This document shows, one piece after another, positions 1-10,910 of a DNA stretch of 64,000 bases. Both the position numbers and the translations under genes were made by a program. This DNA comes from Octopus vulgaris (taxonomy: Eukaryota), in NCBI GenBank assembly GCA_951406725.2, contig OX597824.1, positions 28,458,001 to 28,522,000 on the forward strand. Direction: 5' to 3'. The first letter of the stretch is position 1, and every line of letters starts with the position of its first letter. The notes below the pieces were generated by a model, which did no database searches, was not told where the DNA came from, and was given only the letters and a program-made list of their open reading frames with translations.

Positions 1-234
1 ATTTAGGTTTTGTTATAGTTCTTGAGCAGGCCACACACGCAGTAGAGAAAGCATTGAATCGTCTTTGAATGAAGAACATACAAGTACCTCATTGCAAAAT
101 AACTTGTTTATTGTACGAGATAGGCTTATACAGGTTTGGTTCTTTCCGCTAAAACGAATTCCACAGTATTGGAATACCTTTCTGATTGGAGTTTACTTTG
201 TATTTACACGTGTGTGTATGTGCAAGAGAGTATG

Positions 235-288
<54 letters not shown>

Positions 289-496
289 GTAAATTTTGTT
301 GTAAAAAGTAAATATTGCACATTAGTACACGTATTGAGTTCGTTATCAGACGTTTTGTAATTTTCATTAATTATATCTCTACTATACATATATGAAAAGG
401 TATATACAATCATTCGTATATATGTGCAGGCATATATATATGTGTGTGTGTGTGTAAGTGCGTGCGTGTAAATGTGTGCGTGTGTGTGCGTGTGTT

Positions 497-529
<33 letters not shown>

Positions 530-760
530 AGTGTGTGTGTGTGTGTGTGTGTGTAAGGCGAACTGGCGACAGCAATGAACAGGAAACACATCTGTCGCTT
601 CTGGCCGGGACGAGTTAATTTGAAATCAGGCACAATGGAGAGATCGAATGTAATAAATCACCAATTCCGTAGAAGTTAATTTAAAACATAGTCAGGCACA
701 TACATACGACATCACACACAAATTTATTTACACACGTATGTACTTGCATATATACATACA

Positions 761-789
<29 letters not shown>

Positions 790-845
<56 letters not shown>

Positions 846-1085
846 ATATGTATATATGTGCCTATGTACATATATGTTTACACACACACATGTTTGTATG
901 TAGATGCATACACACAAATAGACAGACTAAGACAGGAAGGGTGAAAGGTGTGTAAAAGCAAAGATGACGGCGTGGTGTAGTGGTATGTGGTATGTGGTAT
1001 GGTATTGTGTGGTAGTTAATTCAGCACAACTTATTCATTTCCACGTGCAAATAGATTACAGAGAATTATTTCCGGAATGTATTGA

Positions 1086-1126
<41 letters not shown>

Positions 1127-1280
1127 ATATGTATATATGTGCCTATGTACATATATGTTTACACACACACATGTTTGTATGTAGATGCATACACACAAAT
1201 AGACAGACTAAGACAGGAAGGGTGAAAGGTGTGTAAAAGCAAAGATGACGTGGTGAATGGTATGTGGTATGGTATTGTGT
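790..1280. repeat. Local direct duplication (~150-190 bp shared, period ~281 bp)
   Basis: (TA)n-tacatgtatgtatatg...gtgtaaaagcaaagatgacg occurs near-identically at ~790-969 and ~1090-1250. Confidence 0.85.
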
Positions 1281-1344
1281 TGAATAATACTTTCCTCTGT
1301 GGATGGAATGAAATGATAATGGAAGAACTTTTGAATTTCTTAGT

Positions 1345-2480
1345 GAAATAGTGACTTTAGCGAATAAATAGGGTGTTATTTATGCGATAGTAAAGGCTGG
1401 CTTATATTGTGAAAATTTTAAGGGTAGATATAAGATGTTCCGAATCAAATTGTGTGTGTAACTACGATACGAATATACAATAAACCCTCGGTGTCTTCGA
1501 TGTATGTGAAGAATTTTGTGCATAATGGTTTATAATTAATGTTTAGCCAACAGCTAATTGCTGTATGATCAAATGTATATAAGACTGGCACTCCTTCGGT
1601 TACGACCACGAAGGTTCCAGTTGATGCGATCAAGAGAACAGCCTGCTAGTGAAATTAACGGGTAAGTGGCTGAGTACTCCACAGACAAGTGTACCCTTAA
1701 CGTAGTTATCAGGGAGATTTGAGTGTGGTATACAATGTGACAAGGCTGGCCCTTTGAAATACATGTACTGCTCAATTTGTCCAGTTGAATGGACTGGAGC
1801 AATGTGAAGTAAAGTGTCGGGTCAAGAAGACAACACCTCGCCGGGAATGGAACTCACAACCTTACGATCGTAAGCTGAATACCCAACCACGAAGCTACGC
1901 GCCTTCACTTCATCAGATGTAGACTAGTAGGTTCTGTGAGTTCTTTTTAGTCGGCTCTCTTTAGTACAATAGTGACTTAAGTGAATAAATACGGGGTTAA
2001 GTTTCGATAGCAAAATGGTGGTTTACATAATAAAATTTTGTCTACGCCACAGAATCCGGGTAAAGGGCCTGATGAGTCTCTATGATTCAGGAAGGACCTT
2101 TACACTTGTATTTGTTTTTTCATACGACCCACTTCTCGAAAATGTGCATGACTGATTTATAATTAAAGTTTAGGTACCATCAATGTGGTGTATACTCAAA
2201 GATATACCAATTGTTAGAACCGAGTCGTTTTGTAGTTTCTCGCTTAAGCCAAATCATTTACTGGTATAGTTGCTTTAGCGAATAAATATGACTTTATTTC
2301 TTCGAGAGTAAAGCCTGGTTTACATCGTAAAAATGTTAGCGGTAAATGCATGGATATAGTTCGAAACAAACTATGTGTGTATCTGCGATATGAGCATGCA
2401 AAATCTCGAGATTTTCCCAGTTGATAAAGAATCACGTACATGTGTACACTGATTATACTAAATATTTAGGTACCATCAAA
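1345..2480. repeat. Degenerate ~300-bp tandem repeat (at least 3 units) interrupted by a SINE
   Basis: tagtgactttagcgaataaata-like motif at ~1350, ~1970 and ~2266; tttaggtaccatcaa at ~2170 and ~2465. Confidence 0.6.
1588..1908 (-). mobile_element. tRNA-derived SINE, family C'
   Basis: Minus-strand head gtgaaggcgcgtagcttcgtggtt...gagttccattccc (A/B-box-like); 3' body shared with family C. Confidence 0.8.
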
Positions 2481-3325
2481 GATAGGTGCACTAGTTGTTA
2501 GGGAACTGGGTGCCGCGTTGAGTTCTTCAGCAAATCACTTCATTTCTTGTTGCTCCAGTCAGTCGACTGAGAAACGTTATGTCGGATTGGCATCCCGCTT
2601 AGCAGTAATGTTGCGATCTCACTTACTTCTACGCGATGGAAACAGAGTAATTGCCATTATGAATTCTGGGACACAAAACACTAATGTCCTGGATATGAAG
2701 ATGACAAAGAGATGCATGACACAAGGCGCACTATCTGTTACCATCATATCATTTTAGGGGATTTTCTGGCTTGCATTATACAACGTGTTCTATATTTTAA
2801 GGTTATGTAATATTTCAATTGGCTAATTTAGTTGCTACCTCTAGGATTTCGAGTGACTGCTCAGTGGTGCTTTCATTTCCTATTTCGATCTTATGTAATA
2901 TAAATATCATTTATATATATACACGCACACACGCACGAACACACACCCATAGAAGTGTGGTTCATTCCCACGCCACGACATTTTGGAGAAGTGTCTGGGT
3001 CCAGCATTGTGAACAAATTTAGAAAACGGAAACTGTGCGGAAACCCTTCGTATATATGTGTGTGTTTGAGTGTGTATATGTGCCTGTGTCTATATGTGTG
3101 CTTGGGTGTGTTCTCGTTTAATTAGATCAATCGACCAGAAATAGATAAAATAAACCTTTAATTAAAATTACAATAGTTCTCTAAATTACTAATTATGTTC
3201 AAGAAAGCAATTAATGAGAATCATTAATTTTCATATAAATATAGAACACTGAAGGGTATTAACCTGGTACTTAGTAGCACAGTAATAATTTTGGGCATGT
3301 TTCGTTCTTATTACAACCCCTCTGA

Positions 3326-3617
3326 GTGAAGGCACGGCCCTTAACGTTTAGGGTATTCGACTCATGATCGTAAGATATCAGGCGGCGCGTTGTGTTCTCG
3401 TGTACGAGACTTTACTTCACGTTGATCACGTCCCCTCATCTAGTAAAACTGAGTAGTACATGTGTTTAAAAGTGCCGGCCAAATCACATTCTGTGTCACA
3501 CTGAATCTCCTTCAGAATTACGTGAAGTGTACGCGTGTCTGTGGAGTTCTCAGCAACATGCGTGTTATTCTCTCAAGCCGTCTGTTCCGTTGATCGGGTC
3601 AACTGGAATGTTCGCCG
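3326..3617 (+). mobile_element. SINE family C', diverged
   Basis: gtgaaggcacg head and gtgtctgtggag...ctgttccgttgatcgggtcaactggaa tail. Confidence 0.7.
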
Positions 3618-4052
3618 TGCCGGAATTCCACCGGGAAATGCATTATAACTGCTTCTTTTTTACTTTGTTCTATGACTAGAAATAATAGAACATAAATTTT
3701 GGAGAATGAACAAAGAGAGATATTCGAAATTAAAGGAGTACCTGACAAAATTAACCTGAGAATTCTGACACATGAGTACTTGATAATAAAGCAAGTGCTA
3801 TAATGATATATATTTTTTCTTTAAATACAACATATGTGTATATCGATGGAAATAGTCCTAAAGAGCTATAAAAGGTAGGATCTCAAATCAGCGAGGATTT
3901 TGTGTTAACTGTGTTAGATAACAGTTCAGTATTGGTAAACATCTTTGAGTGAAGTTTTTACTTCCCAAATTCCCGTGGTCCTATTTCGTGGCATATTGGA
4001 TCAGTTCGTTTTGAGTCTAAGCTCGATCGTTCGTAAGCTAACAGGGTACTTC

Positions 4053-4106
<54 letters not shown>

Positions 4107-4152
4107 CAAATAGATATATGGTTCGAAATACATCACTCTCTCCCTCTCTCTG

Positions 4153-4189
<37 letters not shown>

Positions 4190-4199
4190 AGGTATCGCG

Positions 4200-4564
4200 G
4201 CATTCCGTCGTCGGTTACAACAACGAGGGTTCCAGTTGATCCGATCACGGAACCGCCTGCTCATGAAATTAACGTGCAAGTGGCTGAGCACTCCACAGAC
4301 ACGTAGTTCTCGGGGAGATTCAACGTGACACAGAATGCGACAAGGCTGCCCCCTTTGAAATACAAGCACAACAGAAACAGGAAGAAAGATTGGGAGAAAG
4401 TTGTGGTGAAAGAGTCCAGCAAGGTTCGAAATTACCTCCTGCCGGAGCCACTTGGCGCTTTAGGTGATTTCGCGCAATAAACATTCACAACGCCCGGTCT
4501 GGGAATCGAAAGCACGATCCTATTATCTCGAGTCCGCTGCTATAACCACTGGGCCATTGCGCCT

Positions 4565-4568
<4 letters not shown>
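4200..4568 (-). mobile_element. tRNA-derived SINE, family C
   Basis: Head gtggaggcgcaatggcccagtgg (A box) and tttcgattccc (B box); matches 29607-29988 and 33398-33778. Confidence 0.85.
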
Positions 4569-4609
<41 letters not shown>

Positions 4610-4694
4610 AGTATATATATATATGTATATATATTCATTATATGTATATGTATGTAGATATATGTATATACATCTATATCTATCTATCTATCTA

Positions 4695-4742
<48 letters not shown>

Positions 4743-4885
4743 CACACATGCTCACAAACACTGATTTTGATAATTGATCTTTTCAGCAGTTTCCTATGCA
4801 ATAAAATTTATGTATATATAAATGTATATACAAGTATATACACATACACACAGGTAAAGTGACTGAATGTCTGTGTGTATGAGAG

Positions 4886-4926
<41 letters not shown>

Positions 4927-6155
4927 CTCATATATGCATAACACAATTAGAAGTTTATTCATTCAGACATGTATGAAGTCACAATGACACACAGTCATGC
5001 GCAAATGAAGACGGAAAAATCATGAAAGGCAAAAGATTGCTGTACGTTTACCCTACGAGTCTGACTATGTATGCGTCGATACGTCTGAATATGCCGTTGT
5101 ATATTAGAATGTGTATGCCTCCATGTGCTTGTGTGTGTGTGTATATGCATGCAATTATCTGAGTGTATCCGTGTGCATGTGTATGTATAAGCGTTTGTTC
5201 TTTCGCGTTCGTCTGTTTGTTTCTATGCATATATGACGCGGCAAATAGTCAACCTCTGTTTGAGTATTTATATATCTTTCGTCTGCTGCCGACACCTTGC
5301 TAATGAATCCATGTACATGAATAATGTGGTTTGTGTTCTGTGAAGCAAGATGATTGACATTTTTACAAGCTGAATCATAATTAACACTGATTTATGGAGT
5401 TCATGCCTTCTTTTATTATTTTTTAACATTTACCAGTGGTAAGGTTACCACATCGCCTCACTTGTATTTCAAAGATCATGCATAATTTCTTTATATTTTT
5501 TTAACAACGTACCCAAAAAATAAAAGAGAGAAAAATTACAGTAGAGTAAGTACGTCTAATTGTGAACTGGTTCTGGTTGACCACCAAACTTGAAATGTGC
5601 TTCGTTTTGCCTGAACATAAAAACATTATAATCTAATGAAACGACCGAAAATTGGCATTACGCTGTTGCAGGCTTTTACAAAAACATTAGCGGTGTATTT
5701 GAAGTGACATTACGTTAAAAAAACAATCCGAACTGCGTGCTATACAATCGCCAATACCCAGGTGCTAAACATTTTCTATGTAGCAATCGTCACGCAACAA
5801 ATAATACCTTTTTTTAATCTTTTTCTTTTTCTTTTTATCGTAGGCTTAGCCTTAAAGGCAAAGTTCCACTTGGTTGCTGATGCTAAGCAGACTCTCCCTG
5901 AAAAGCCCGTCGTTTCTTAGTCACAGTGAATATAGGACCACGTTATCATCCAGTACGTCCTTTTTGCGTGTGTGTAGTTAAGAAGCTTGCTTCGCTGACA
6001 TGTGCTTTCCGACTCGATCAAACTGTCTGGCCTCTTGATTGAATGCCCTCTAGAAGAACGCCTTGACCGAGCAATTCCATGTGAGTGAATATAGTTGTCG
6101 GAAACTTTGTGGAAACTTGTAGCGTACATACATAAATACACACACAAACACGTAA

Positions 6156-6200
<45 letters not shown>

Positions 6201-6225
6201 CCTATCTATCTATCTATCTATCTAC

Positions 6226-6318
<93 letters not shown>

Positions 6319-6319
6319 A

Positions 6320-6395
<76 letters not shown>

Positions 6396-6420
6396 CTCTA
6401 TCTATCTATCAATCTATCTA

Positions 6421-6501
<81 letters not shown>
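6156..6501. repeat. Compound microsatellite (TATC)n-(TC)n-(TA)n; representative of many similar tracts (e.g. 24740-26860, 31620-32260, 39060-40560, 52420-52760, 58800-59390)
   Basis: Direct reading. Confidence 0.95.
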
Positions 6502-6506
<5 letters not shown>

Positions 6507-6561
6507 GGAGATGTACTTGCATAGCGAGCGACTTGATCTGAGATCGTGTGCTGGAACGAAA

Positions 6562-6820
6562 ACAATTGCAGCATGAAAGGTGTTTATAAGCCATTTAAGA
6601 AACACACAAAACCGTTAGATTCACTTCAACATTTAAGTTTAATTTGTCAAAATATTTTCGTCGCTTTGAGACGACAAAACATCGTGCTGCATGATGTTTT
6701 GTCAGTGAACAGGTTGCGGTCTCAAAGCGACGAAAATATTTTGACAAATTAAACTTAAATGTTGAAGTGAATCTAACGGTTTTGTGTGTTTCTTATAAAC
6801 ACCTTCCACGCTGCAGTTGT
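6562..6820. mobile_element. Foldback repeat with ~100-110-bp inverted arms and an inner hairpin
   Basis: 6562-6672 is the reverse complement of 6719-6820; inner hairpin gacaaaacatc/gatgttttgtc; single-arm copy at 37970-38102. Confidence 0.8.
6698..6748 (+). ncRNA. Putative minimal type-I hammerhead ribozyme, G3-C8 core variant
   Basis: TTTGTCA-GTGAACA-G-GTTGC-ggtctcaaa-GCGAC-GAAA-ATAT-TT-TGACAAA gives stem I, core, stem II, GAAA and a palindromic loop III. Confidence 0.55.
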
Positions 6821-6846
6821 ATATATATATATATATATATATATAT

Positions 6847-7211
6847 ACTCTCTTTTATTTGTTTCAATCATTTGACTGTGGCCATGCCGGAGCACCGCCT
6901 TTAGTCGAGCAACTCGACCCCCAGAACTTATTCTTTGTAAACCTAGTATTTATTCTATCGGTCTCTTTTTGCCGAACTGCTAAATTACGGGACATAAATA
7001 CACCAGCATCAGTTGTCAAGCGATGTTGGGAGGACAAACACAGCTACACAAACATATACACTCACATACACATATATACATACATATATACGACGGCCTC
7101 CTTTCAGTTTCCGTCTACCAAATCCACTCACAAGGCTTTGGTCGGCCCGAGGCTATAGCAGAAGACACTTTCCTAAGGTGCCACGCAGTGGCACTGAACC
7201 CGGAACCATGT
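6847..7211 (-). mobile_element. SINE family A (5' head truncated)
   Basis: Matches the reverse complement of 28769-29197. Confidence 0.85.
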
Positions 7212-7221
7212 ATATATATAT

Positions 7222-7450
7222 ATAACGGGAAGCTTTATGAAAATAGACAAAAGACGAAGGCAGGTGGAAAACAAACGAACAATTGTATTAGTATGGCGCT
7301 CAGGAAATATAAATAAAACAAGTCTTTAACGTTTCGAGCCTACGCTCTTCAACAGAAAGATACACAGAGAGAAAAAAACACAGAAAGAAGGAGAGAAAAG
7401 AAATGCGTGCAGTAGCTAACGAATCAACATGGCGATCTGATTTCGGCCAG
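7222..7450 (-). mobile_element. Dispersed repeat with hammerhead-like motif (Penelope-like terminal-repeat remnant?)
   Basis: Inverted near-copy at 14345-14562; motif tcttt-CTGTTGA-a-gagc-gtag-gctc-GAAA-cg-tt-aaaga at 7323-7360(-). Confidence 0.6.
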
Positions 7451-7520
7451 AGGTCAAAGATCAAACATGAGACGCGAGAGCGAAATAAGGGGAGATAATA
7501 GGGTTGAAGGACCAGCTAAT

Positions 7521-7845
7521 AGTGCGTAGGAGGGGTCTGGACGTGTGTTTGTATAGGGTTGGTGTATGTATTAGTATGTATAAGGGTGTGTGTGTGTGTG
7601 TGTGTGTATGAGAGAGTATTAGTGCGTAGGATTGGTCTGGACGTGCGTATGTATGGGGTTGGTGTATGTATTAGTATGTATTAGTACGTATTAGTATGTA
7701 TAAGTGTGTGTGTGTGTATGAGAGAGTATAAGTGCGTATGCGGGGTCTGGACGTGTGTATGTTATAGGGTTGGTGTATGTATTAGTATGTATTAGTATGT
7801 ATTAGTACGTATTAGTATGTATTAATTGGTGTATGTATTAGTATG
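7521..7845. repeat. Minisatellite, three units of ~100-110 bp
   Basis: agtgcgta..ggtctggacgtg..ggttggtgtatgtattagtatgta starts at 7521, 7621 and 7731. Confidence 0.85.
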
Positions 7846-7887
7846 GCACATCATATATGATGTGATGTGTAACGTCGTGTGGTGTAG

Positions 7888-8130
7888 TGAGGAGAAGAGG
7901 GGAGGGGGAGAAGAGGGGGAGAAGGGGGAGAAGGGGGGAGAAGAGGGGGGAGAAGGGGAGGGGGAGAAGGGGAGGGGAAGAAGGGGGATGAGAGGGGGAA
8001 GAGAAGATGAGGGGGGGAGAGGGGGAGGAAGGGGAGGAGGGGGAGGAAGGGAGGAAAGAGGGAGAGGGGGAGAGAGAAGGGGAGAGAGGGAGTGAGGGAG
8101 CAGAGGGAAGGGGAAGAGGGAAGGAAGGAG
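7888..8130 (+). repeat. Polypurine G/A tract (G-quadruplex/triplex-prone)
   Basis: Almost pure G/A with many GGG runs. Confidence 0.85.
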
Positions 8131-8187
8131 CCAATGTTCACTCTATGATAGAGCATAGTAAGCAAGCTTCTAGTAAACAATCTTCTT

Positions 8188-8525
8188 AGCATGGCTTAAC
8201 GGTAAGAAGCTTGCTTCCCAACCACATGGTTCCGATTTCAGTTCCACTGCGTGGAACCTTGGGCAAGGTCCGTCTACTATTGCCTCGGGCCGACCAAGGC
8301 CTTGCATGTAGATTTGGTAGACGGAAACTGAAAAAAACCCGTTGTGTATGTATATGTATATATTTATGTGTGCGTTTCCTTGTGTCAGTGTTTGGCCTCA
8401 CATACACGCACATCACTTGAAAACCGATGCTGGTGTGTTTATGTCTCCGTAACGTAGCGATTTGGTCAAAGAGTTCGATATAGTAAATACTGGACTTACA
8501 AAGTATAAGTCCTGGAATTTATTTC
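8188..8525 (+). mobile_element. SINE family A
   Basis: Head ...gttccgatttcagttccactgcgtggaaccttgggcaag, central microsatellite and 3' body. Confidence 0.8.
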
Positions 8526-9735
8526 TTCGCAAAAAACCCCTTTTGGGACTATGTAAGACTATATGATGTATTCTTATCAAGTTTTTTACTGAAAGCATTC
8601 TTAACACAAGTTAACCAGAGAAACTCAATGTGGTCACACCACCTGCAAGAAATAGCAGCTAACTCTACTTCAAATCACCCCACTACTTGCCACAATCTTT
8701 CATTCTTGTACTTGCTTCAGTCATTGGACTACGTCTGGATGTCAGAGAGTTAAGTACTATTGCTAACACATCGAGCATCCACGTAAGGACTCGCTATACT
8801 AAATTTAATGGCCATTACAAAAAGAACAGTAGTTATACGTCCTTGAGTTATGTGAATATTATACAGTAGACCGACATTCGTTCATAAATTTATAATATAC
8901 GTTCATACCTAAGTATATCACATAATTTGGCCGTTTATGAAATTTAATGTTGAGGCTTTATTGTACGAAAATATATTTGATCGTATTTGGTGGTAAACGT
9001 TACCACTGAAAGATCGTCTGCTTCTTCCTTTCCCGAGATCTTGCATGCAATATTATTATCTCAATGACTAGCGTAGTCTTTCACCAAATTATTTCCAAAT
9101 TAAATTTGTCCATAAAATATTTTATCTATAATTACTTAGTAATTTCATCTTGAGTTGACATCAAACAGAGAACACAGACGATGACGGTTATACACTTTAT
9201 TTATAATGATCTGAAAGCTATGTAAGGGATTATAGAAGACAGGAATAATAGATGTAGTACGAAGGAAGGATATTGGGTGTAATAGTCGTGGGAGATAATA
9301 TATATGCACGGCAGAGAGAAGGAGAGAGAGAGGGGGAGAGATGGAAGGAGAAAGATTAAATGTGCGTGAAAGAGATTTATCAGATATTGATACGTCTAAA
9401 CAGTGATTTAAACAGAGAGTGATAGCAACTGATATTGTCAGATGCATAAGAAACCGATCGAAAGCAATAGCTTGAGATAAAGTGTAACGGTAGAGAGGTT
9501 GAGATGAAAGGAAGTTGAGGAATAGACATAGAGGGACATAATTTGCGATTGCCAGAGAGAGAGAGGGGAAAAAAGGGTGAGCAGTGCGGGAAGAGAGAGA
9601 GAGAGAGACAGAGAGAGACAGAGAGAAATGAAGAGAAGGAAAACAAATTAGAATAGGATGACATTAGAAGATGATATAAAAGATATCAATGATATAAAAG
9701 CGACGTTAACAGCGACGCATTGCGGAGGTGGAGAT

Positions 9736-9781
<46 letters not shown>

Positions 9782-10354
9782 CGGATGTTTCATTTACCAT
9801 TGCTGCAGAAGATTTATTTACTTAGCTAAACACATTTATATATTTAGTTAAACAAATTTATTTAGCTAATTCGAGTCAACAGATATCGTGTTCGTTCATT
9901 AAATATAATTACACGCCACAAAAAGAAGAAACGAACAAAAACAACGTAAGAAAACTGCAAATAATATAAGCCACCCAATGACAAAGTAAAACAGGTTGTA
10001 ATAGAAATCAAGGGGAACTTTTATACGAGCGCTCACCCTGCTAGAAATAGTAGTCAGATCTCCCATGTATCATACATTGTATGTTTTACATATAGCAATG
10101 TTCCCAAACGTTGACATAGTAGGAATGACATTATGGCATTAATTATAGATTTACCCTTTTAGACCTGATCCGGCACTAAAGAAAGATGACTACAGAAAGG
10201 ACATTATTAGCGTAATGACCCGAAACAAGATACATGCATGCGCGTGTATTTCTTATTTCACTGTATTTGGATTGCAACCTTGCTGGGGCACTGCTTTCAA
10301 TGGTTTAGTCGAAAAAATCGCCACAAGTATTTTTTTGTGCGCCTAGTACATATT

Positions 10355-10774
10355 CTTAATTCTTTATTACACACAAGGCGCTAAACATAGAGGGGACAAA
10401 GACAGACAAAGAGATTAAGTCGATTACATCAACCCCAGTGCGTAACTGGTTCTTATTTAATCGACCCCGAAAGGATAAAAGGCTAAGTTGACCTGGGCGG
10501 AATTTGAACTCAGAATGTAACGGCAGACAAAATACCTATTTCTATTTCTTTATTACCCACAAGGGGCTAAACATAGAGGGGACAAACAATGACAGACAAA
10601 GAGATTAAGTCGATTACATCGACCCCAGTGCGTAACTGGTACTTATTTAATCGACCCCGAAAGGATGAAAGGCTAAGCCGACCTCGGCGGAATTTGAACT
10701 CAGAATGTAACGGCAGACAAAATGCCGCTAAACATTTCGCCCGGCATGCTAACGTTTCTGCCAGCTCGCCGCCA
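10355..10774 (-). mobile_element. SINE family B dimer (one full copy plus one partial) nested in an old SINE A
   Basis: Head ggcggcgagctggcagaaacg with B box gagttcaaattcc; target-site duplication tagtacatatt at 10344-10354 and 10775-10785. Confidence 0.85.
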
Positions 10775-10910
10775 TAGTACATATTTTATCGGTTATCTTC
10801 ACCGAACTGCTAATTTACAGAGACGTCATAAGAAAGAAATAAAACTGCCTGTGAAGCTGTCATAGTAGACATCCACAAAGAACCTATACATACAAACATA
10901 CGTACACACA

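Noticed and set aside
2069-2095. CTGATGAG hammerhead core start (also ~17696 and ~57623)
   Set aside because: No stem II closed by GAAA and no stem I
7521-7845. CRISPR-like repeat-spacer appearance
   Set aside because: The intervening sequence is itself repeated microsatellite, the context is eukaryotic and no cas genes are present
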